Positions 18,421 to 26,728 are shown, numbered from the stretch's first letter. The stretch: 26,728 nucleotides of DNA from Nanobdellota archaeon (GCA_043814765.1 JBDRJQ010000008.1:1-26728), one strand, 5' to 3'. Notes: generated from the sequence alone by a model not told the origin. A program made the numbers and translations.

Positions 18421-18882
18421 ATGGAAACTGAGGAATTTGAGCTGGTTCCAACATCGCCAACAAAGAGATTGGAAAGGAGGCTTTCCAAGCTTGAGAAGGT
18501 GGACAATTCTTCTGATATAAAAAAACTGACAGATCATATACTGGATCTTATTTCTTCAAATCAAACCATAATCGAGAGGATGGTTGAATCCAATGACAGG
18601 CTTAGAAATGATATTTCAAAACTGCCTGAGAAGATGGATGAGATGCTGGATGAAATGAAAAATTCTTTCAGGAGAATGAAATCACAGGATATAAGCGAGA
18701 TGCCAGCTGATTCTCTAGACGTTCTATTACGACAGATGAGAGAGCTTATAGAGCACAATAAAAAACATGTAAAGATTAGCAGAGTATCTGCTGAACAATT
18801 ATACGAAATAAACAAAAGATTAAAGAGAATATATCTTCACAACACTCTCTCAGAAAGAAAGGTTGATTTGAACATAAAGTGA
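18421..18882 (+). CDS. Hypothetical coiled-coil protein
   Basis: 153-aa ORF (EEFELVPTSP..RLERRLSKLE) with heptads. TATAAAT lies 30 nt upstream. Confidence 0.7.
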   Translation: METEEFELVPTSPTKRLERRLSKLEKVDNSSDIKKLTDHILDLISSNQTIIERMVESNDRLRNDISKLPEKMDEMLDEMKNSFRRMKSQDISEMPADSLDVLLRQMRELIEHNKKHVKISRVSAEQLYEINKRLKRIYLHNTLSERKVDLNIK

Positions 18883-18886
18883 TAAC

Positions 18887-19312
18887 ATGAAAGGTGTGAC
18901 AGCAATAATAGCAATTTTAGTTTTGTTAATAATAACAGTTACTGCTACAGGAGCTGGTTGGTTATCATTACAGTCAGCTTTTATCAATTCAGAAAACATA
19001 ATAGAGTTTGAAATATTATCTGAAAGCATTCAATGCAGTGATGGAACAATGAGTGCTGAAATCATAAACACAGGAAAAATACCATTTACTAATGACGTAT
19101 TTATTTCTGCCGAAATTAAAAATTTAGATAGCAGTTATGATGATTCCTGCTATAGCTGTTTAAAATTAAAATCCCCGTTAGAAGAAAATCAAAAAACAGT
19201 TTTCTTTATATGGGATTGTCCCAACACTAATCAGCAAAGCTGTTCAGCAGGAACTTACATAATCTCTTTTAAAACGAAATATAAAACAATAGAAAAACTT
19301 GTAACATGTTGA
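18887..19312 (+). CDS. Archaeal pilin-like protein (class III signal peptide), Cys-rich C-terminal domain
   Basis: MKG|VTAIIAILVLLIITV, IINTGK, six Cys, GTYIISF. Confidence 0.7.
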   Translation: MKGVTAIIAILVLLIITVTATGAGWLSLQSAFINSENIIEFEILSESIQCSDGTMSAEIINTGKIPFTNDVFISAEIKNLDSSYDDSCYSCLKLKSPLEENQKTVFFIWDCPNTNQQSCSAGTYIISFKTKYKTIEKLVTC

Positions 19313-19324
19313 TATTTTTTCAAT

Positions 19325-19348
19325 AACGTTATATATAACGTTGTTATA
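19325..19348. promoter_or_regulatory. Overlapping palindromes AACGTTATATATAACGTT (19325-19342) and TATAAC-GTT-GTTATA (19334-19348) upstream of the ATP-grasp operon
   Basis: Perfect 18-bp palindrome seen directly. BRE/TATA AAACCTTTTTAAT follows at 19358-19370. Confidence 0.55.
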
Positions 19349-19391
19349 TACCAAAATAAACCTTTTTAATCCTTTAGTTAATTTCTTGGTT

Positions 19392-20309
19392 ATGGATTTA
19401 TGTATTATTGGGCAGGAAAAGAGTGAATGTAACCTTAAGCTTCTGGAAGAGGCTAAGAAGAAGTTTGATTCAGTGTTTTTCGTTTCTGTGGATGGAATAG
19501 GAATAGGATTGTCTAAGGAATTCTCTATATCTTACAGATCCACGAACATACTGAAATTCGGTGCTGTTTTACCTAGAATACCAAAACAGTATTATTCATA
19601 TTCTTATCAGCTGTTATCATTATTCCCTTCCAATACCTTCATGCCTATAAAGCCAATAAGCTTTCTGCTTGCGGATGAAAGATTCTTCTTGCTTACTGTG
19701 CTAAGAAAGAGAAATATACCGACAACAAACATGTATTCAGCACGCTCCACAAAGGCTTCTTACAGGCTTCTTAGCGATGCATCTTATCCAATTATAGTTC
19801 GTTCTCTTCAAAAAAAATCCGGTGTAATTGTCAATAACGAAAAAGAGGCAAGAAACATTATAGAAACATTCAACACACTGAAGCAGCCTATACTCATAGA
19901 GGATACAATAAAAGATATGATTTCTCTTTATGTTGCAGCACCAGGCATAATAGCTGCAGTTAAAAAGAAGACAAAAGAAAGAGATGTGGTTTTTTCTTCT
20001 GGTGAAATGAAAAAATACAGTCCTACCATAGAAGAAACGCATCTGGCTATTGAAGCAGCCCAGGCAGTTGATGCTAACATAGCAAGAGTCGATATAAGCA
20101 CAAACGGAGAACCGAAAGTGGTTAACATAGAACTCAACTTTAACATAACAAAACCAACGAAAATAACCGGCATTAACATAGCAGAAAAAATAATAGAATC
20201 TGTATATGAAAATTATAAGGAATATCTAGAGAGACCAATGCTTTTCAAGTTCTTTGATGACGCCAAATCCGTTGTTAAGGACGCTCTTAAGACAAAACAA
20301 GTTTTATAA
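19392..20309 (+). CDS. RimK/LysX-like ATP-grasp protein, divergent
   Basis: AVLPRIP, IPTT, YPIIVR, PILIEDTI, ARVDI..GEPKVVNIELN follow the RimK layout. The GSxGxGV loop and EVN motif are altered. Start ATG 19392 lies 29 nt after the TATA. Confidence 0.72.
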   Translation: MDLCIIGQEKSECNLKLLEEAKKKFDSVFFVSVDGIGIGLSKEFSISYRSTNILKFGAVLPRIPKQYYSYSYQLLSLFPSNTFMPIKPISFLLADERFFLLTVLRKRNIPTTNMYSARSTKASYRLLSDASYPIIVRSLQKKSGVIVNNEKEARNIIETFNTLKQPILIEDTIKDMISLYVAAPGIIAAVKKKTKERDVVFSSGEMKKYSPTIEETHLAIEAAQAVDANIARVDISTNGEPKVVNIELNFNITKPTKITGINIAEKIIESVYENYKEYLERPMLFKFFDDAKSVVKDALKTKQVL

Positions 20310-20332
20310 GATTTACGTAACAAACTGATACT

Positions 20333-21181
20333 ATGGCTCTAAATATGACAGTGGACTTTCAGGCTATGGCATCCGATGCCGTGGTATTTTTCGCGAATTT
20401 GACGCCCAAGTATATAATTCCGAATCTGAAGCTAATAGCGCAGGTACTGATAATTCTACTTTTCGCTTACATTGTTGGTCGCATATTCAAGATACTAACA
20501 GTTAAACTGCTCAGCATAATTGGCCTGAGAAGAAGCAGCGTAAGGAGCATGACTGACAACGTGCTGAAGGCTATTGGTTATAAGGGCACTGTAGTCGATA
20601 TAATAGGAGATTTAGTAAAATGGTTCGTTTACATAATATTCATTGGTTTGATCATAGAGATATTAGGTCTGCCACAACTGTTCGCCGTATTCAATGCAGT
20701 AGCATTCTTTATACCCAGAGTAATAGGAGCAATACTGATTATAGTGATAGGTTTCTTGATATCAGATTTCATGGGAGGAGCCTTTGGTGAAGCAGCAAAG
20801 AAGTTCTTTAATGATGATTTCCTAGCCTCAATATCAGGCGGTCTAGTGAAATATTCGATAGCTATAATAGTAATCATAATGGGGCTTGCCATAATAGGCA
20901 TTGATACAATGGCACTCCTAATACTATTCGCCTTTACTTTGCTAGGAGCTGTTGTCATATTCACACTGGGAATGAAAGACATGTTTCCAAACTTTACAGC
21001 AGGAGTTCATCTAAAGAAATCATTAAAGATTGGTGAACATATCAAGGTAGGAGAACATTCAGGTATTGTAGAAAAAATAGATTTGGTTTCTGTAACCTTG
21101 GATAATGCCGGCAAAAAAATAAGCATTCCAAACGTAACCCTCGTTAACAATCCAGTTGAAAGAAAAATCAAACAAAATTAA
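20333..21181 (+). CDS. Small-conductance mechanosensitive channel (MscS family, CmpX-like TM repeats)
   Basis: Repeated TM hairpins (FIPRVIGAILIIVIG), LGMKDMFPNFTAG, GEHIKVGEHSGIVEKI, ISIPN. Confidence 0.85.
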   Translation: MALNMTVDFQAMASDAVVFFANLTPKYIIPNLKLIAQVLIILLFAYIVGRIFKILTVKLLSIIGLRRSSVRSMTDNVLKAIGYKGTVVDIIGDLVKWFVYIIFIGLIIEILGLPQLFAVFNAVAFFIPRVIGAILIIVIGFLISDFMGGAFGEAAKKFFNDDFLASISGGLVKYSIAIIVIIMGLAIIGIDTMALLILFAFTLLGAVVIFTLGMKDMFPNFTAGVHLKKSLKIGEHIKVGEHSGIVEKIDLVSVTLDNAGKKISIPNVTLVNNPVERKIKQN

Positions 21182-21193
21182 AAAGGTGTTTGC

Positions 21194-22087
21194 ATGCAGA
21201 TTACTATTAGAAAAGGCTTTATAGTTGCTGATTCAAATAAGCCAGGACCAACCTATGTTGCTCCGCATGCTGCAGGAGCATTCTACAAGCTTTGGGATAA
21301 CCAAGATCATGGAACACATTATGTTGCCTTTAAGCTGGCAGAAACTGGAGGCAAGGCATTAATATCAACCATAACCAGAGAAAGAAATTTGGGTATTGAT
21401 TTTTTCCGTCAGGAACCAACTGAAACTCTGGCTCTGGAAAACTATGAAAAATTTGCAAACGATCCATCAAAAAGCACCATAAATTACAGAAAAAAATATG
21501 CATGGGTTGCAAGGGACAGTGAAGAGCATTTCTTCAAGAGCAGGTTATACAACAATTTCTGGACAGAAACAAAAAATACGAACGGGCCTGTTTTATTTAT
21601 CCACAGACAGTTCCTAAATCCTATAAGACATCCAAGCTTGCTGGACGTAGTGCCTTTTAATTTTGAGACAGAAACAAAAGAATCGATAGCACATCTTAAC
21701 GAAAGATATTTCAATCTTTTCAGGAGTCTTTTCCCATTCTACAAAGAGATGTTCTCTTTCAAAAGCAGATGGATACAGTTCAAGTATGAACTTGAACGCA
21801 CAGCAGATCCGAAGATAGAACTGTTTGAAGGCAAGAAGCCGCTAATAGCCAGAAGAATAAAGAAGTTCGATGAAAAAACCATAAAGCAGCCTTACCTGGA
21901 AATAACATACAAAAAAAACTTCAAGGGAACGGTGATTAAAAATATAATTAAAAAGGACTTCCTTTCTATGAATGTTCCAATACTGCATTTGGAAATATCT
22001 GAATTCTTGTCAAAAAGATTCCCAGAAATAGCCATCCATATTATTAGGAATCTTTTAGCTGATATAGAAGCCGACAGAAAGAAATAA
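21194..22087 (+). CDS. Hypothetical protein, possibly N-formylglutamate amidohydrolase-like Zn hydrolase fold
   Basis: Motif order YVAPHA..QDHGT..STITRE...IDFFR..LFIH..LHLEIS parallels FGase PH..D..SR...DxNR..H..E. AGGTG RBS. Confidence 0.5.
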   Translation: MQITIRKGFIVADSNKPGPTYVAPHAAGAFYKLWDNQDHGTHYVAFKLAETGGKALISTITRERNLGIDFFRQEPTETLALENYEKFANDPSKSTINYRKKYAWVARDSEEHFFKSRLYNNFWTETKNTNGPVLFIHRQFLNPIRHPSLLDVVPFNFETETKESIAHLNERYFNLFRSLFPFYKEMFSFKSRWIQFKYELERTADPKIELFEGKKPLIARRIKKFDEKTIKQPYLEITYKKNFKGTVIKNIIKKDFLSMNVPILHLEISEFLSKRFPEIAIHIIRNLLADIEADRKK

Positions 22088-22112
22088 GAGCTTAAACATC
22101 TGATATTCATTA

Positions 22113-22988
22113 ATGAAAATAACAGATTGCATCGGAAAGAAAGAATTTATCACAATAATAGAATTTCTGCCTCCTCAATACCCTAATCTGGATAAACTGG
22201 AAGGTCATGTACGTTCTATACAGGATTACACCCAATTCATAAGTTTGACATCAAAACCAGGCGCTCTAAATTCTTTATATGTAGCAGGATTGCTTGAATT
22301 AGGCAGAGGGATAAAAACAAATTTCATTCCTCATATAACACTAAGAGAATTTGGAAACAGCCATGAAATGGTATGCAGCCTTATCATGGCATCGGCAACA
22401 GCTGGCATAGACAACTTGTTTGTTATGAGCGGAGACTCTTTTAGTACGAATGAAAGTGTTTATAATTACACATCTGAGCTCGTAAAATTTATAAGCGATA
22501 TGAATGAAGGTACGAGCCCTTATCTGAAAAAGAAAGTTGAGCCAACGAATTTTTGCATAGGCGTTGTGGCAAGCCAATACAGAGACAGAAAAACAGAGCT
22601 TAGAGTTTTGGAAGCAAAAAAAGAAGCAGGGGCGGAATATGCAATATTGCAGATGTGTTTTGATCCGCATGCTCCAGATGAATACAGTTATAAATTGTTT
22701 TGTGAAGAATTGCAAAATTATTTAGGATGCGATTTTCCTGTTATAGCGGGGATTCCAATACCTGATAAAAGCACAATAGATTTTGCTGAAGGCTCAGCGG
22801 AATCAGATCCGATTTACATGCCTGAAATAGTGAAAAAAAGAATTCTTCAATCCGCAGATGATAAACTTGAGCGCATAGAGATAGCAAGGGAAATTCTCGA
22901 CTATTTCAGAAGCAAAACAGATGTGCCTGGCGTGGACATATTCTCAAGAGGAAGCGTAAAGCTCGCTAAAGAAGTTCTGAAAGAATAA
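22113..22988 (+). CDS. metF: Methylenetetrahydrofolate reductase-like flavoprotein
   Basis: IEFLPP, PHITLRE, GIDNLFVMSGD, FCIGVVA, KKEAGAEYAILQMCFD, PVIAGI, PGVDIFS. Confidence 0.78.
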   Translation: MKITDCIGKKEFITIIEFLPPQYPNLDKLEGHVRSIQDYTQFISLTSKPGALNSLYVAGLLELGRGIKTNFIPHITLREFGNSHEMVCSLIMASATAGIDNLFVMSGDSFSTNESVYNYTSELVKFISDMNEGTSPYLKKKVEPTNFCIGVVASQYRDRKTELRVLEAKKEAGAEYAILQMCFDPHAPDEYSYKLFCEELQNYLGCDFPVIAGIPIPDKSTIDFAEGSAESDPIYMPEIVKKRILQSADDKLERIEIAREILDYFRSKTDVPGVDIFSRGSVKLAKEVLKE

Positions 22989-22990
22989 AA

Positions 22991-23104
22991 CGGACCCGGA
23001 GGGATTCGAACCCACGACCCCCAGATTTCTTCATAGGCATTAGCCTCGAAACTTCTAAATGCAGTTTAGAAGTCTGGTGCTCTATCCAGCTGAGCTACGG
23101 GCCC
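22991..23104 (-). tRNA. tRNA-Arg(UCU) with a 40-nt canonical 37/38 intron (23027-23066)
   Basis: GGGCCCG/CGGGTCC plus G73; D-loop A20; stem CCAGA/TCTGG with loop CT-TCT-A|A; BHB helix CTTC/GAAG with bulge AA|A; T-loop TTCGAAT; T-stem has one T.T mismatch. Followed by a T-tract. Confidence 0.92.
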
Positions 23105-23190
23105 ATGCAGTTAACTGATGCAATTGATATAAGCCGTTAACTGTTATGGTATAATAATAAAATACAAAATCATTAATAAATACAACTGTA

Positions 23191-23327
23191 GGGGCTATGG
23201 TGTAGTTTGGTCTAGCATCTCAGGCTGGGGGCCTGGTGACCCCGGTTCAAAATAAACCTTTTCTAAAAAAGGTTTAATCCAAAAGAAGGCTGAAGCCTTT
23301 CATGGTATGAAAATCCGGGTAGCCCCA
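23191..23327 (+). tRNA. tRNA-Pro(GGG) with a 62-nt intron at 59/60 (23252-23313)
   Basis: GGGGCTA/TAGCCCC plus A73; stem TCAGG/CCTGG with loop CT-GGG-GG; T-stem CCCGG/CCGGG; BHB helix TTCA/TGAA with bulges AA|A and AA|T. Confidence 0.92.
23252..23284 (+). repeat. REP-like hairpin element, copy D (inside the tRNA-Pro intron)
   Basis: ATAAACCTTTTCTAAAAAAGGTTTAATCCAAAA, beginning at the first intron base. Confidence 0.65.
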
Positions 23328-23361
23328 TCATATTTAAATCGTTTAGAATCTTTTATTTGAT

Positions 23362-23577
23362 ATGACAATAAATATTGAGAGGGATCAAACCTATAATCAA
23401 AAAGAGCTTGAGAAATTGGGAGCAGTATCCAGCGATGGAGAGCAATTCAGTGGTTATTATTTTTTGCATACTAAAGAGGGTGATCTGGTGTTTGAACCGC
23501 TTGGTAACGGTTTGTATGGCCTAAGAACTGACAAAAGAAAACCGTGGGTAGAACCAAAACCTTTGGAATTCTACTAA
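23362..23577 (+). CDS. Small hypothetical protein (71 aa)
   Basis: ATG with TTTAAAT 29 nt upstream and protein-like composition. Stop overlaps the lysS stop. Confidence 0.55.
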   Translation: MTINIERDQTYNQKELEKLGAVSSDGEQFSGYYFLHTKEGDLVFEPLGNGLYGLRTDKRKPWVEPKPLEFY

Positions 23578-25136
23578 ATTTTTTCCAGCAATTTCTTTAC
23601 TTTCTCCTTTCCTATTACCATTATGAATGCAGCTAGACGCGGTCCTCTTTCGTTTCCAAGCAGAACTAAATAGGCAGCCTTAAAGAAATCTACTAGGTTT
23701 ATGTTATTGTCTTTAGAAACATTGAAACAAAGGTTCTTAACGTCTTCCTCTGTTTTTACATCATCCAATTTCTTTGCAAAATCTCTCAATGCTTTTTTCT
23801 GTTTACCTTTTAATTTATCCAAGACTTCCTTTGAGACAGAATTTTGAAGTATTGCTTTGTGCTGTTCAGGAGCATAATTTTCAATCCAAAATTTCGCTCT
23901 TTTTAGAATCGCAAGGTATCTATTCATGTTTGATTTATTCAAACCAGGAATACTTTTCACTGCTTTTTCTGGATCGCTGTATTTTGTTATCAGGGTTACA
24001 CATTCCCTGAAACCAGGCTGCATAGGCATCTCCTTTGCCGGTTTTTCTATAAGGCTCATTTCATAGACCCTAGACCAGTGCGCTTTGTCTCTGTCAGGAA
24101 CCTTTTCCTTTCCATAATATATCCTTTCACCTTTGTAAAAATCTTCGTAAAACTTGAAAACATCTTCGTCAAAACTGAAGTAGAATTCTTTCAGTGGTTT
24201 TGTTCCAGCAAAGAAAAATCTAACTACTTCAGGCGTATAAACTTTCAGGACATCCGCCAGTGTTATCACATTACCCAAAGAAGAAGACATCTTGCCTCCG
24301 ACTCCTTTTATTGTTACAAAGTCATACATCAGGTATACTGGAGCATCCCTGTTCCAGACAGTTTTTAATATTACCTTTCCTGCATCATAGGATCCTCCAG
24401 GAGCAGAATGATCTTTTCCGCCTGGCTCAAAATCCACTTTTTCGTAGTCCCATCTCATTGGCCAGTCAACACGCCACTGGAGCTTTGCAATGCCATTCTT
24501 CCTAAAGTCAAATGTTTCTTTATGACCGCATTTGCACTCATAAGTCAACGCGTAATTACCATCCCAATCAGTTACCTTTGTCTCTTCCTTGTTGCATTTA
24601 GAACAATAAACCCTAACAGGATGCCAGTCCTTCTCTAATGGCTCCTTTCTGAACTTGTTCAAAATCTTTCTTATGGCATCCATATTCTCCAAAACCTTTT
24701 TGATACCACTGGAGTAAGCGCACTTACCATACATTTTACTCTGTCTTATGAATTCTGGATTAACACCAACATGTGGTAAATGCTCTTCTGCATTTTTTTC
24801 AAAATGTTCTGCATATGTCTTATGGCATCCCCAGGGATCCGGTATTTCAGAAATTGATTTAAACAAGTATTTTTCCATCTCTTTCTGTTTTGGTATATTT
24901 TTTGGGACTTTTCTTATTCTGTCAAAATCATCCCAAGAATAGATAAAGCGAACCTCTTTACCAAGATCTTTCAAGGCTCTTGCAACAATATCCACTGTGA
25001 ATATTTCTCTGCAATTGCCAATATGTACAGTTCCAGAAGGAGTTATTCCAGCTGCGCAGACGTATTTCTTCTTGTTACCTTTTTCTTTTATTATCCTTCT
25101 TGCAGCCTGGTCCGCCCAGAACATTGATTCCTTCAT
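23574..25136 (-). CDS. lysS: Lysyl-tRNA synthetase, class I
   Basis: FWAD, GITPSGTVHIGN, WRVDWPMRW, EPGGKDH, KMSSSLGN, GPRL. Confidence 0.97.
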   Translation of the reverse strand: MKESMFWADQAARRIIKEKGNKKKYVCAAGITPSGTVHIGNCREIFTVDIVARALKDLGKEVRFIYSWDDFDRIRKVPKNIPKQKEMEKYLFKSISEIPDPWGCHKTYAEHFEKNAEEHLPHVGVNPEFIRQSKMYGKCAYSSGIKKVLENMDAIRKILNKFRKEPLEKDWHPVRVYCSKCNKEETKVTDWDGNYALTYECKCGHKETFDFRKNGIAKLQWRVDWPMRWDYEKVDFEPGGKDHSAPGGSYDAGKVILKTVWNRDAPVYLMYDFVTIKGVGGKMSSSLGNVITLADVLKVYTPEVVRFFFAGTKPLKEFYFSFDEDVFKFYEDFYKGERIYYGKEKVPDRDKAHWSRVYEMSLIEKPAKEMPMQPGFRECVTLITKYSDPEKAVKSIPGLNKSNMNRYLAILKRAKFWIENYAPEQHKAILQNSVSKEVLDKLKGKQKKALRDFAKKLDDVKTEEDVKNLCFNVSKDNNINLVDFFKAAYLVLLGNERGPRLAAFIMVIGKEKVKKLLEKI

Positions 25137-25237
25137 GTCATTTCCTCGATTATATCTGATTATTGAGTTTAGACAACTTCAATTTATTGTTTTAAGTCGT
25201 CTGTTATTATATTCAATCCCTAAAATTAAAAAGATGC

Positions 25238-25939
25238 TCAGATATCAAGTTCCATAAGATTTGGGTTATCTTCGCCGAAAATTTGCTTAAGTTCTTCAGT
25301 TGAAGGAGCCTTTGGTTTAGGTTTGACCTTCTTCTGTTTCGGTTCATCTGCGTATTCTGGTTCATCGTCAGAACTCTTCTTAGGAGCTTGCGAACCGATT
25401 CCGATGCCTTCAGAAGTCTTTTTTTCTAATGACTTCTCAACAGCGTCAGAGAGCACCTTTTTTACCTTTGTTCTCTCTTCACCAAAATACCTTTCAAATT
25501 CCTGTGTCAAAATAATCTTCTTGGTTCTGCCTTCTCTCTCAGTTCTTATCAGACCCATTCTTACAAGTTTTTTGAGATAAGCATAAGCTTTGTTGCCCTG
25601 GATTTTTATTATGTCGGCCTGTTTTATTGGCTCCTTGTATATGATTAATGCAAGCGTTCTCTTGCATCCTTCAGGCATGTCAGAGTAGGGCGTTAAATGA
25701 GCAACCCTGGGAAGAATATCGCTTCTTACCTGCATCTCCCATCCGTCTCTTCCTGAGATTATTTCTATTCCTTTCTCTTCGTATTCTTTCTTTAGCTCGT
25801 TCAGAATCTCTTTAACATATCCCAGAGAATTGATGCCTGTTATGGTTCCTAGCTCGTCAAGCATTAATGGACCGTTGGAAATGAATAGAGCTGCTTCAAT
25901 GATTTTTTTATGTGCATTGCTCTTAACATCTTTTGCCAT
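25238..25939 (-). CDS. scpB: SMC-Scp complex subunit ScpB
   Basis: IIEAALF, RTLALIIYKEPIKQADIIKIQG, LTQEFERYFG. Adjacent to scpA. Confidence 0.93.
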   Translation of the reverse strand: MAKDVKSNAHKKIIEAALFISNGPLMLDELGTITGINSLGYVKEILNELKKEYEEKGIEIISGRDGWEMQVRSDILPRVAHLTPYSDMPEGCKRTLALIIYKEPIKQADIIKIQGNKAYAYLKKLVRMGLIRTEREGRTKKIILTQEFERYFGEERTKVKKVLSDAVEKSLEKKTSEGIGIGSQAPKKSSDDEPEYADEPKQKKVKPKPKAPSTEELKQIFGEDNPNLMELDI

Positions 25940-25975
25940 ATCATCACTATTATATTCTTTTGGATAAAAAGTTTC

Positions 25976-26680
25976 TTATCTTTTTTTGATAAAAATTTCA
26001 TCAAACGCTTCCTTTTGCGTGCACTCTATTTTTTTCTGATGATCAAGATAAACCATCGGAAGGAAGTGGTTTACAATTTCATCCCTGTCCCATTTGACTA
26101 CAATATCACTGAATTTTGTTTCCTTGTTTTTTAGTTTTTTCAGGACAATATCTATCTTTTTGTAAAGCTCATCAATTCTTTCTGATATATGGTTCTCCTT
26201 TAATGCTATCTGACCCCTTCTCCTAGTATGTTTCCTCTCTCTTTTTTCCTGAGCTTTCATCACTTTTCTAAGCGCCATAACAAGCTCTGAAAGAACAACC
26301 TTTCTGTGAGGTTGTCTCTTGTTAGGAACCGTTATTGCGTTCATGTCAAAACCGTTGCCGTTTAGCAAGCCTGATTCGCTCTGTATTTCTGTTAGCTCGC
26401 CTTCTTCTCCAGGTTCACAGTCTTCTGGCAGAGAAACCATTGCCTCTAGGAAGTCCAAATGATCAGACTTCATTCTGAGAAGAACAGCTGCTATGATGAC
26501 ATACTTGGCAGGTATGTTGAAGTCAAGCTTCTCAATCTTGTTCATGTAAGAAACAAAAATCCCTGACAGCATGGATATGTCCAGATTCCATGGATCAAGG
26601 CCTTCCCAAGCAATAATCTTATACAACGCCTGCTCCCAAGAGTAATCAGAAGTTATCAAATCAACAATCTTATTTTCCAT
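25976..26680 (-). CDS. scpA: Segregation/condensation protein A (kleisin)
   Basis: LDPWNLDI, AAVLLRMKS, LSELVMAL, FLPMVYL, QKEAFDEIFI. Confidence 0.92.
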   Translation of the reverse strand: MENKIVDLITSDYSWEQALYKIIAWEGLDPWNLDISMLSGIFVSYMNKIEKLDFNIPAKYVIIAAVLLRMKSDHLDFLEAMVSLPEDCEPGEEGELTEIQSESGLLNGNGFDMNAITVPNKRQPHRKVVLSELVMALRKVMKAQEKRERKHTRRRGQIALKENHISERIDELYKKIDIVLKKLKNKETKFSDIVVKWDRDEIVNHFLPMVYLDHQKKIECTQKEAFDEIFIKKR

Positions 26681-26728
26681 AATAGGTTATTATATGTACG
26701 AAGAAGTTTTTATAGAAATGATTTTTAT

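Noticed and set aside
17779..18537. 252-aa minus-strand ORF, and the other short antisense or alternate-frame ORFs in the track
   Set aside because: They are shadows of well-supported genes (thermosome, lysS, coiled-coil genes) with no motifs of their own.
19355..19372. ATAAACCTTTTTAATCC as another element copy
   Set aside because: No hairpin. Better explained as the BRE/TATA 29 nt before ATG 19392.
16349..23104. Integrated element bounded by the two similar tRNA 5' regions
   Set aside because: The repeats are inverted and at 5' ends rather than att-like 3' direct repeats. There is no integrase, and the interval contains the core thermosome gene.
25950..26000. Imperfect tandem GAAA(C)TTTTTATC(C/A)AAAA at the scpA end, resembling a collapsed hairpin element
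   Set aside because: Low complexity, lacks the second stem arm, and cannot be distinguished from chance.

Overview
AT-rich archaeal chromosomal segment. Gene content, GGTGA-type RBSs, BHB-intron tRNAs and a UAU-anticodon tRNA-Ile suggest a DPANN (Aenigmarchaeota-like) lineage; this taxonomy is inference. In order, the window contains: the 3' part of a GC-richer PQQ-like beta-propeller gene; a surface-glycan cluster (B12/radical SAM, GT2, ArnT/PMT-like GT, methyltransferase, deacetylase, epimerase, two nucleotidyltransferases, UDP-Glc dehydrogenase); two class-III-signal-peptide pilin-like genes; three coiled-coil orphans; rpl21e-rpoF-DUF655; a CBS protein; tRNA-Ile(UAU) with two introns; the thermosome; a third pilin-like gene; a RimK-like ATP-grasp/MscS/FGase-like/MetF-like block; divergent intron-containing tRNA-Arg(UCU) and tRNA-Pro(GGG); then lysS (class I), scpB and scpA. 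Most notable: (1) a ~30-nt REP-like hairpin element found both in intergenic DNA and inside T-loop (59/60) tRNA introns; (2) a near-identical upstream region shared by tRNA-Ile(UAU) and tRNA-Arg(UCU); (3) the ATP-grasp/MscS/amidohydrolase module; (4) a TATAAC-N3-GTTATA palindrome at two distant promoters. All calls are by eye, with no database searches run.
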